The translations under genes were made by a program, and so were the position numbers. This document shows positions 8,676 through 16,283 of a stretch of 32,000 nt of DNA, piece after piece (within the stretch, counting starts at the first letter, position 1; each line of letters opens with the position of its first letter). Source of the DNA: Mycolicibacterium smegmatis (GTDB lineage: Bacteria > Actinomycetota > Actinomycetes > Mycobacteriales > Mycobacteriaceae); contig NZ_LN831039.1 of NCBI RefSeq assembly GCF_001457595.1, forward strand, positions 2,340,001 through 2,372,000, in the 5' to 3' direction. A model generated the notes under the pieces. The model was not told the DNA's origin. It was given only the letters and a program-made list of their open reading frames with translations, and did no database searches.

Positions 8676-9503
8676 ATGTGGGACGACGAACTCGATGTCG
8701 TTTGCTGTGGATCCGGTTCCGGGGCGTTTGCCGCGGCGATCGCAGCGGCCGACGCCGACCTTGACGTAGAGGTCGCCTGCCGGCCCGTTACCCCGCAGGG
8801 AACTTCCGGGTCGCCATGGCTCGGCCGCGGCATCGAAGATTCCGAGACCAGGGAGTATCTCGACGAACTCGTGGCGGACCAGGATCCGTCTTCGCGCGAC
8901 TCCGAGCACGCCGACATCGAGATCCGTGCCATGAGGCAGCTGTCGCCCGCGGCGCCGAGGACGCCTGTCGAGACCTTTCACGGCGCCCAGTTGCGGGACT
9001 GGGCCGGGCAGTGTCTGCGGTCGCCGTACGGCCTGCTGTATACCCGCCTCACCGAGCGCGGGGGCGTCCCGATGGAGACCGAGGCCGGCGAGATCATCGA
9101 GGCGAACGTGCTGGGGTCCATCGACCTCCCGGCGGGGGCCGGTGCCGCAGCGGCGGTCGACGGGTGGATGCGGATGCAGCTCCGTGAGCGCGACATCCCG
9201 AGCGACGACGACGCCGCGCTGGAACGGATCGTGTTCGAGGAGGGCGAGATCGTCGGTGTGGCGCTCGCGACAGCCGACGGTCCGCGCACCGTACGGGTGC
9301 GGCACGGCATCGCAGTGTCCACCGAGGTGCCCGCCGCCGGCCGACGGCGTATGGAGACCGCCCAGACGCTGCGGGTGGCGCTCGTGGGGCGAAGCGCCAG
9401 CAGGTTCAGCAGGGTGGAGTTGCTGACGATCCCGTCCGCTGGTCATCCCGACGATCTCGCGCAGGGCAACGGGGCGCCGCACTCACATGCGAGGCGCAGC
9501 TGA
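8676..9503 (+). CDS. FAD-dependent oxidoreductase/dehydrogenase-like protein, short (275 aa) and possibly truncated
   Basis: N-terminal dinucleotide-binding-like MWDDELDVVCCGSGSGAFAAAIAAADADLDVEV. Much shorter than the usual 480-570 aa enzymes of the KstD/FRD-like group. Confidence 0.5.
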   Translation: MWDDELDVVCCGSGSGAFAAAIAAADADLDVEVACRPVTPQGTSGSPWLGRGIEDSETREYLDELVADQDPSSRDSEHADIEIRAMRQLSPAAPRTPVETFHGAQLRDWAGQCLRSPYGLLYTRLTERGGVPMETEAGEIIEANVLGSIDLPAGAGAAAAVDGWMRMQLRERDIPSDDDAALERIVFEEGEIVGVALATADGPRTVRVRHGIAVSTEVPAAGRRRMETAQTLRVALVGRSASRFSRVELLTIPSAGHPDDLAQGNGAPHSHARRS

Positions 9504-11333
9504 GAAGTGCACCGGCACACGGCCTTTGGCAAGAAGGGTCTGCATCTCACTGCCCAGGATGGGTTTGGACAGCAGGAACCCCTGCGCGCGGTAACACCCG
9601 TGGCGCAGCAGGGTGAGCGCGGCGCGCTCGGTCTCCACGCCCTCGGCCACCAGTTGTAGTCCGAAGGCCCCCGCCAGCGCGATCACGGCCCGCACGATCG
9701 GAAGGTCGCCCGGGTTGGAGCCCAGTTCGGCCACGAAGCTGCGGTCGATCTTCAGCGTGTCCACCGGCAGTGATTTCAGCAGCGACAACACGCTGTAACC
9801 GGTGCCGAAATCGTCGATGGCCACCTGGACGCCGACGTTGTGCAGACCCGTCAGCGTGGTGCGGGTGGTCTCGATGTCCTGCACCACAACGCTTTCGGTG
9901 ATCTCCAGACACACCGACCCGCGCGGCAGACCGAACTCTTTCATGATGCCCGCCACCGACTCGACGAATCCGTCGGTCACGAGCTGGACCGGTGAGACGT
10001 TGATCCGCAAGACGATGTTGCGGCCCACGCCGTTGGCCCGCCACCGGGAGAACTCGGCGCATGCCGTGCGCAGCACCCACCGGCCCAGTTCCCCTGCGAG
10101 GTTGATCGATTCGGCCACGCCGATGAACGAGTCGGGCGACAGCAGGCCGCGGGTGGGATGCTCCCAGCGGACCAGCGCTTCTGCCGCCAGCACCTCACCG
10201 GTGCGCATGTCGATTTCCGGCAGGTAGTGCAGCACCAGTGCGCCGCCTTCGATCACGCTCTGCAGGTGCAGTTCGATGTCGTTGCGGAAGTCGATCTCCA
10301 TGGCCATCGCGTCGGAGAAGACCGCGACGCGGTTGCCGCCGGAACCCTTGGCCGTCAATACCGCGTGGTCGGCCCGGTTGAGCACGTCGGACGTTGAATC
10401 CTTACCCGGAATGCCTTGTGCGATACCGATGCTCACGGTTCGAGTGAGCATCTCACCGTCGACGGTGACGCGTTCGCGCAGCACCGACTGCAGCCGGTAG
10501 GCCAGCGCGGTGGCCTCATCCAGCGACATGGGATCGTCGGGGACGACGACGAACTCGTCGCCGCCGAGGCGCGCTATCAGCTTCGGAGCGTCGTCACCGC
10601 GTTGCAGTCGCTGCGCGAGGATGCTGATGAACGCGTCACCCGCGGTGTGACCCAGGTAGTCGTTGATCGCCTTCAGCCGGTCCAGGTCGAAGAACATCAC
10701 CGCGACCGGACCGGGTTGTCCCGGAGCGAGTCTCGCTTCCAGGTGCGCCATCAGGGCGCGACGGTTGTACAGGCCGGTCAGGTGATCGTGGTCGGCCAGG
10801 TAACGCAGGCGTTCCTCGGCCTCGATCCGGGCCTGCACCTGCGCGAACAACGACGCGATCGCCTTGAGCGCGTTGAGTTCTGCGGGCAGCCACTCGCGGT
10901 CGCCGAACTTGACGAAGCCCAGCACACCGGTCGTGACGTCGCCGCTGAGCAGCGGGACGCACGCCATCGACGTGGCGGGGATGTGCCGGCCTGCCACGTC
11001 GATGGTGCGCTGATAGTCGTCGTAGAGCGGTTCGGGCCGGAACACCGCGGGTTCCTTGAGGTGTTCGGCCATGGCGAACACCGGGTCGGCATCGGCGAAG
11101 TGGACGACGGCGATCGGGTCGGTGGCGGCGTCGACCGGACGCGGCGGCCACTCGGCGACGAGCCTCGTGGCGTGGGCGCGGTGGTCGTTGTGGCGCAGGA
11201 AGCTCACATCGACATCGAAGAACGACACCAGTTCGGCGAGCACCTGCTGGCTGACCGACACCGAGGTGGCCGCCTCGACTGCCATGAGCTGAGTGGCGAC
11301 GGACGTGACCAGCACGTCCAGGCTCTCGGACAC
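9483..11333 (-). CDS. dcpA: Bifunctional GAF-GGDEF-EAL cyclic di-GMP cyclase/phosphodiesterase (DcpA/MSDGC-1, Rv1354c-like)
   Basis: LARLGGDEFVVV; EAL signatures AEALVRWEHP, EITESVV, IDDFGTGYS, LKIDRSFVAEL, AEGVET; N-terminal GAF-like region. GTG start at 11333 preceded by the strong SD GGAGGTGA. Confidence 0.88.
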   Translation of the reverse strand: MSESLDVLVTSVATQLMAVEAATSVSVSQQVLAELVSFFDVDVSFLRHNDHRAHATRLVAEWPPRPVDAATDPIAVVHFADADPVFAMAEHLKEPAVFRPEPLYDDYQRTIDVAGRHIPATSMACVPLLSGDVTTGVLGFVKFGDREWLPAELNALKAIASLFAQVQARIEAEERLRYLADHDHLTGLYNRRALMAHLEARLAPGQPGPVAVMFFDLDRLKAINDYLGHTAGDAFISILAQRLQRGDDAPKLIARLGGDEFVVVPDDPMSLDEATALAYRLQSVLRERVTVDGEMLTRTVSIGIAQGIPGKDSTSDVLNRADHAVLTAKGSGGNRVAVFSDAMAMEIDFRNDIELHLQSVIEGGALVLHYLPEIDMRTGEVLAAEALVRWEHPTRGLLSPDSFIGVAESINLAGELGRWVLRTACAEFSRWRANGVGRNIVLRINVSPVQLVTDGFVESVAGIMKEFGLPRGSVCLEITESVVVQDIETTRTTLTGLHNVGVQVAIDDFGTGYSVLSLLKSLPVDTLKIDRSFVAELGSNPGDLPIVRAVIALAGAFGLQLVAEGVETERAALTLLRHGCYRAQGFLLSKPILGSEMQTLLAKGRVPVHFSAAPRM

Positions 11334-11362
11334 CGGATCACCTCCACTTGAGCTCAGCCCTG

Positions 11363-13534
11363 TTACGACGTCCTGACCCCCTGGAGGGCTCGGCGCCGGC
11401 TCCGTATCGACGGGCGTGGCGCGAAGAAGAATCTGAGCACCAACGCCTGCGATTCGTCGCGATCGGTCGTCGTCACCTGGCGAAAAGCGTACTGCAGGTC
11501 CCGCAGTCTCATCGCGTGGCCCGCCGAGAGTTCCTGCAGTTCGCCGTCGTTGTGTGCGTACAGGAACACCGGCGACACCGGCTGCACAGAGACACCGTGC
11601 TGCTGCGCGGCGACCCACACGGCTTCGACCGCGCTGCCCGCCTGTGCGTAGTCGGTGAGCCTGCGACCCCGGATGGAGACGACCGCGAGCGCCGAGCTGG
11701 ACGTCACGCGCTCGTAGGTGTCGTCACCCAGTGCCGATCCGCTGCCCCAATCGGCGAGCTTGTCCATCACCTCGGGGCGACGCAGGATGTCGAGGACCAC
11801 GATGTCGGTCTCGTCGAGACCGAGCGTGGTGATGTCGATCCCGGTGTCGGGGTCGGGGTCTCCTGGCCAGCGCAGCTCCGAGATCATCTGGCGGTGCAGC
11901 GTGGGCGTCAAATACCGGATGCGATCGGTTTCGGCGAGAATCCTTGCCGCGGAGTCCATTTCGGAACGATCGCTCAGTACCGTCAGGCGGGCGCCTTCGC
12001 GCTGTGCCGCGGTGTGTAGTGCCTGCAAGACGTCGGCCGGGATAGGTTCGGCGTCGCCGCGCAACCGGTTGGTCTCGCGCTGCAGCATGGGCTCGTAGAG
12101 TGCGGCCGACTCGGGATCCGAGCCGGGGGTCAACGGCAGTGTCGCGAACAGCGGCGTGCCCTCGTCGCCGCGGGACCACTCGACGCGAGTCCTCAGCCCG
12201 TGCGCGGCGGCCGCGACGCGGGCGTTGAAGGCGGCCGCGCCGAGCGCCACGGCGCTGCCGCGGTAGCCGACATCCATCGCCGAGGTGTATTGCGTCAGCA
12301 GCCGCAGGCTGACCCGGTCACGGTCGACCTTGATGTCCCAGGGCTGGACGTTGCCGCCCGAGGGGGCGCGAGAGGTGGCGTGCGCGATGATGCCGGGCAC
12401 GTCGGCGGGGGCGGCCTGCGATTGTTCGTGCAGCACCGGCGCGGGCCGCGGCGGTGTGTCGAGTGGGTCGTCGATGCCGTCGAGTGTGCTGCCGATGTCG
12501 ATGCGCACCCGGCCCGACGCCAACGGTTCGCCGAGGCCGATGCGCCGGACGGCGTCGGCGACGACGGTCGCGCCGAGGACGACCTCGGACGCCAGTTGCG
12601 GCCAGGTGGTGAGGGTCTTGCCGACCTCGACGAGGGACGCGGCCATCCGGGCGGACAACTGGGGGGCGTCGAGGATGCGCAGGACATGGGGCACCTTGTC
12701 CTTGCTCGACAGACCCGCCAGCCGCGCCGCGTCGATGTCACCGACCAGGCCGTGCAGGATGGGACGACCGGGATCGAGGTCGAAGCGTTCCACGTCGAGC
12801 AGGCCGCGGTCGGAGGTGGCCATCAGCACCGGAAGCTTGCGCGCCCGCGCAGCCTCGCGGACGAGCACTTTCGCGTCGAGAGAGTCGCATTCCTCGACGA
12901 CGACGTCCAGACCGTCGAGGAACTCACCGAGTGATTCCGGTTGCGCACCGCCGAGATCGACCCGCACGCGCAGGTACGGATCGATCTCGGCGATCCTGCG
13001 TGCGGCGACCACCGCCTTGTTGACCCCGAGATCGAACACCGTGCCCGGTACCCGATTCAGGTTAGGCAGCTCGATCTCGTCGAAATCGGTCAGCCGCAAC
13101 TCTCCGCACAGCCCCTCGACCGCGAGGTTGTGGGCGATCGCGTGGCCCACGCTCAGGCCGATCACCCCGATCCGCAGATCTGACAGACGCTGCTGCTCGT
13201 CGGCGCTGATGAGGTTGCGGTTGCGGTCGAGCCGCAGCCGGTGGAACGCGCGCGGGCCGACCAGGTGCACCACACAGCGCCGCCACGGGTAGTACGCCCA
13301 GGTCGTCGGTTCGGCGAGCAGGTCCGGTTCCACCGCCGGAACCAGGCTGCGCAGGGCTTCCTGTTGTTGTCGACAGTCGTCGATCACCGTGATCCGGGCG
13401 TCGGCACGCAGCTGCGCGAGCGCGTCGCGTCCGGCGTCGGTGTCCGGGTCGATGATGACGGCAGTACAGGCGGAGTCGTCGTCAGCGGGAGAGCCGGTGG
13501 GAGAGAGGTTGAATCGGTGGTCGTCTGAGATCAT
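11363..13534 (-). CDS. moeY: E1/ThiF-like adenylating domain fused to a nitroreductase-family domain (Rv1355c/'MoeY' family)
   Basis: E1-like: LRIGVIGLSVGHAIAHNLAVEGLCGELRLTDFDEIELPNLNRVPG...NKAVVAARRI...VVEECDSLDAKVLVREAAR. Nitroreductase-like: IIAHATSRAPSGGNVQPWDIKVD...GSAVALGAAAFNARVAAAAHGL. Overlaps the upstream gene by 4 bp. Confidence 0.8.
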   Translation of the reverse strand: MISDDHRFNLSPTGSPADDDSACTAVIIDPDTDAGRDALAQLRADARITVIDDCRQQQEALRSLVPAVEPDLLAEPTTWAYYPWRRCVVHLVGPRAFHRLRLDRNRNLISADEQQRLSDLRIGVIGLSVGHAIAHNLAVEGLCGELRLTDFDEIELPNLNRVPGTVFDLGVNKAVVAARRIAEIDPYLRVRVDLGGAQPESLGEFLDGLDVVVEECDSLDAKVLVREAARARKLPVLMATSDRGLLDVERFDLDPGRPILHGLVGDIDAARLAGLSSKDKVPHVLRILDAPQLSARMAASLVEVGKTLTTWPQLASEVVLGATVVADAVRRIGLGEPLASGRVRIDIGSTLDGIDDPLDTPPRPAPVLHEQSQAAPADVPGIIAHATSRAPSGGNVQPWDIKVDRDRVSLRLLTQYTSAMDVGYRGSAVALGAAAFNARVAAAAHGLRTRVEWSRGDEGTPLFATLPLTPGSDPESAALYEPMLQRETNRLRGDAEPIPADVLQALHTAAQREGARLTVLSDRSEMDSAARILAETDRIRYLTPTLHRQMISELRWPGDPDPDTGIDITTLGLDETDIVVLDILRRPEVMDKLADWGSGSALGDDTYERVTSSSALAVVSIRGRRLTDYAQAGSAVEAVWVAAQQHGVSVQPVSPVFLYAHNDGELQELSAGHAMRLRDLQYAFRQVTTTDRDESQALVLRFFFAPRPSIRSRRRALQGVRTS

Positions 13535-14313
13535 TGCCCCGCCGCAGTAGTGGAATCGGTGTCGTCGGCCACGCCAAGCCGGGGTGTGATCCGCTGCGAC
13601 TCGGCGAAGTAGGCCGAAAGCTGCTTCGGATCAGCGTGATTGGCAAATGTACTCCGATCCCACCACATCATCTTGGTCTGGTACCGCGCATCGGGGTACG
13701 GCGTCGCCGGGATCTTGGTGGCGAGCACGCCTCCGGAGGACAACCACCGCTTGAGGACGTAGGCTGCCGCCGTGGCCATCGCGAACTGAATGTTGAGCAA
13801 CGTCATGGAATGTAGCGGCATCCTCGCCAGCGTGTCGGTGAGCGCACGGCTCTGCTCCGGGTCGTCGCTGACCCAGGCGGTCTTCATCTCGACCACACCG
13901 AACGGGATGCGGTCGCTCACCATTTTGCGGACGGCGTCGAGGCCGGGTTGACCACTCCATTCGACAATCGCATGGCTTTCGTCGGCGTTTCGGTACGGTC
14001 CCTTCGCCCGCAGGCCGCCGACAACCCGACCGGCGTCATTGATCCCCGCGCAGAACAATGCGGTGTCGGTACCGGTGCGCAAGGCCTGCATATCGAGCGC
14101 GCACTCGACGCCGTGTTTCCGGTAGTTGCGCTCGGCGCCCCGGACGTATTCGTGCCACAGTTCCCGTTCGGCTCCCGGGTCGGCGACCACGATGGTGCAT
14201 TCGCTGGTGGGGTCCCACCAACTGTGGCTCTTGGCAAGCGAGAGGTCCGAGTGGTCGGAGGCTTCGAGTCCAGCAAGGGTCATGTCGGTGTCCATTTCTA
14301 CGGTCGGCCGCAC
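13531..14313 (-). CDS. GNAT-fold-like N-acyltransferase candidate (LuxI/FeeM-like appearance); start uncertain (GTG 14313, ATG 14295 or ATG 14283)
   Basis: TALFCAGINDAGRVVGGLRAKGPYRNADESHAIVEWSG...RIPFGVVEMKTAWVSDD...LLNIQFAMATAAAYVLKRW...ATKIPATPYPDARYQTKMMWWDR resembles the GNAT strand order. CDS call is strong, fold assignment is tentative. Confidence 0.5.
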   Translation of the reverse strand: MRPTVEMDTDMTLAGLEASDHSDLSLAKSHSWWDPTSECTIVVADPGAERELWHEYVRGAERNYRKHGVECALDMQALRTGTDTALFCAGINDAGRVVGGLRAKGPYRNADESHAIVEWSGQPGLDAVRKMVSDRIPFGVVEMKTAWVSDDPEQSRALTDTLARMPLHSMTLLNIQFAMATAAAYVLKRWLSSGGVLATKIPATPYPDARYQTKMMWWDRSTFANHADPKQLSAYFAESQRITPRLGVADDTDSTTAAGQ

Positions 14314-14511
14314 CTCCCGCGTGGTACGGCTAAATCGGGCTTACGTTGCGTCGGGACGCGAATACGCGACATGAGTATCGCGCCGCTTGCCACTCAAATT
14401 CCAGCGAGCCGAGAAAGATCGTGAACCGGGGTATGCAATTTAGTTCGTCATACCGCACTTACTCGCCAGTAGCTGCAAATTTGGCAAATTCGTTCGCAAT
14501 GGAAAAAAGGT

Positions 14512-14536
14512 GTTTGAACCGCTGAAAGGTGGGTAT
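14512..14536 (+). promoter_or_regulatory. Candidate SigF-type promoter GTTT-N15-GGGTAT
   Basis: GTTT 14512-14515, 15-nt spacer, GGGTAT 14531-14536; matches the mycobacterial SigF consensus form. About 240 nt upstream of the purU start. Confidence 0.45.
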
Positions 14537-14777
14537 AGCAAATATCTTTATTGACGCGCTCGTGAATCGTGTACGCACGCGCAAGTTTGATCAGATTTGC
14601 CGTCAGGGCAATCGTTCGGACTTGTGCGGTGTTCACATGGGCGAACGCCGAACATCGGACGAGCGGCCTCCCGGGCCTGTTCCCGGGGCCCCGCATCGAG
14701 GCCTCGGGGCACGGATCGAGGGCTCGGATGGGGCCGGTGTCGCGGCCGGGAAACCGGCCGGTGACAATCTCCTGGTG

Positions 14778-15668
14778 ATGGCGCAGGAGTATCCGAAGGC
14801 GAACGCTCTACCGGCTCAGGACGTGGGCCGGTTGTTGCTGCGTTGTGCTGATCGCCCCGGACTGGTGGCGGCGATCAGTGGCTTCCTGACCGCCGCGGGC
14901 GCCAACATCGTGTCGCTGGATCAGCACTCCACCGAGCAGGCCGGCGGCACGTTCATCCAGCGCACGATCTTCCATCTGCCCGGGCTCACCGCGGTGCGCG
15001 ACGAACTCGAACGGTCTTTCCGTGAGCAGGTGGCGGGTCCGTTCGAGATGGACTTCACCCTGACCGAGGCGGCCAAACCCAAGCGGGTGGCCCTCATGGC
15101 GTCGCGCGAGGACCACTGCCTTCTGGACCTCCTGTGGCGCAACCGGCGCGGCGAACTGCCCATGTCGGTGGTGATGGTGATCGCCAACCATCCCGATCTG
15201 GCCGAGCAGGTGCGCGCGTTCGGGGTGCCGTTCATCTACGTCCCGGCGACCAAGGAGAACCGCGCGGAAGCCGAGCAGCGCCTGCTCGAGTTGTTGCGCG
15301 GCAACGTCGATCTCGTGGTGCTGGCGCGTTACATGCAAATCCTCACCCCGGAGTTCCTCGACGCCGTCGGCTGCCCGCTGATCAACATCCACCACTCGTT
15401 CCTGCCTGCGTTCATCGGTGCGGCGCCGTACCGGCGCGCCAAGGAGCGCGGCGTCAAACTGGTCGGCGCGACAGCGCATTACGTGACCGAGGATCTCGAC
15501 GAGGGGCCCATCATCGAGCAGGATGTGGTCCGCGTGGATCACCGGCACACCGTCGAGGATCTCGTTCGCCTCGGCGCCGACGTGGAACGGCTGGTGTTGT
15601 CGCGAGCGGTCCTGTGGCACTGTGAAGACCGCGTGATCCGGTTCGGCAATCAGACCGTGGTCTTCTGA
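14778..15668 (+). CDS. purU: Formyltetrahydrofolate deformylase
   Basis: N-terminal ACT domain (GRLLLRCADRPGLVAAISGFLTAAGANIVSLDQHST) and formyltransferase fold (INIHHSFLPAFIGAAPYRRAKERGVKLVGATAHYVTEDLDEGPIIEQDVVRVDH). Start is uncertain; the ORF-track extension to 14529 is probably not coding. Confidence 0.92.
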   Translation: MAQEYPKANALPAQDVGRLLLRCADRPGLVAAISGFLTAAGANIVSLDQHSTEQAGGTFIQRTIFHLPGLTAVRDELERSFREQVAGPFEMDFTLTEAAKPKRVALMASREDHCLLDLLWRNRRGELPMSVVMVIANHPDLAEQVRAFGVPFIYVPATKENRAEAEQRLLELLRGNVDLVVLARYMQILTPEFLDAVGCPLINIHHSFLPAFIGAAPYRRAKERGVKLVGATAHYVTEDLDEGPIIEQDVVRVDHRHTVEDLVRLGADVERLVLSRAVLWHCEDRVIRFGNQTVVF

Positions 15669-15689
15669 CCACGTCCGAGAGGAGTGACG

Positions 15690-16142
15690 GTGAAAGTCTT
15701 CGACAATCTTGACGCGCTGGCCGCGGCGGCGGGTACCGAGCTGGGCCCGACCGACTGGCTCGAGGTCACCCAGGACCGGGTGAACCTCTTCGCCGACGCC
15801 ACCGAGGACCACCAGTGGATCCACGTCGATCCGGAGAAGGCCAAGACCGGTCCGTTCGGCGGCACCATCGCGCACGGCCTGCTCACGCTGTCGCTGCTGC
15901 CGCACTTCACGCACCAGCTCTACCGCGTCGACAACATCACCATGGCGATCAACTACGGCTACAACAAGGTTCGGTTCATCACGCCGGTGCGGGTGGGAGC
16001 CAAGGTGCGCGCGCGGGCGCAGATCTCCGATGTGGCCAAGCTCGACGGCGCGGTTCAGGCGACCATGACGGTGACCGTCGAGATCGACGGCTCGGAGAAG
16101 CCGGCCGCGGTCGCCGAGTCGATCATCCGCTTCATCGGCTGA
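15690..16142 (+). CDS. MaoC-like (R)-specific hydratase/dehydratase
   Basis: VNLFADATEDHQWIHVDPEKAKTGPFGGTIAHGLLTLSLLP, NYGYNKVRFITPVRVG. GTG at 15690 has an SD (GAGAGGAG) 5 nt upstream; 15684 is an alternative. Confidence 0.88.
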   Translation: MKVFDNLDALAAAAGTELGPTDWLEVTQDRVNLFADATEDHQWIHVDPEKAKTGPFGGTIAHGLLTLSLLPHFTHQLYRVDNITMAINYGYNKVRFITPVRVGAKVRARAQISDVAKLDGAVQATMTVTVEIDGSEKPAAVAESIIRFIG

Positions 16143-16154
16143 CGTTCCGATACA

Positions 16155-16191
16155 AATCCGGTGGCCACGGCAATGCCGCGGCCGCCGGATT
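16155..16191 (+). terminator. Strong hairpin downstream of the MaoC gene
   Basis: AATCCGGTGGCC-A-CGGCA-A-TGCCG-C-GGCCGCCGGATT pairs over almost its full length. It has no long U-tract. Confidence 0.5.
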
Positions 16192-16211
16192 CGCGTGTTT
16201 CCGGCAAACAT

Positions 16212-16243
16212 TGACAACTGTCAGATTTCGTTGACGTTCGTCA
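16212..16243 (+). promoter_or_regulatory. Tandem operator-like palindromes TGACA-AC-TGTCA and TGACG-TT-CGTCA, 20 bp apart
   Basis: 16212-16223 and 16232-16243 share the form TGACRNNYGTCA and overlap a possible promoter (TTGACG 16231-16236, TAGTGT 16255-16260). Confidence 0.5.
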
Positions 16244-16283
16244 GTCAGCGCTGTTAGTGTGCTGCATCACACAGAGGAGCGCC

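Noticed and set aside
14529-14777. N-terminal extension of purU (MGIANIFIDALVNRVRTRKFDQ...)
   Set aside because: The PurU ACT domain begins just after MAQEYPKANALPAQDVGRLLL. The extension turns into Pro/Gly-rich sequence and covers the candidate promoter region, so it is more likely leader DNA.
14808-16217. 469-aa minus-strand ORF opposite purU and the MaoC gene
   Set aside because: No recognisable domain, spans two well-supported plus-strand genes, low-complexity His/Arg composition.
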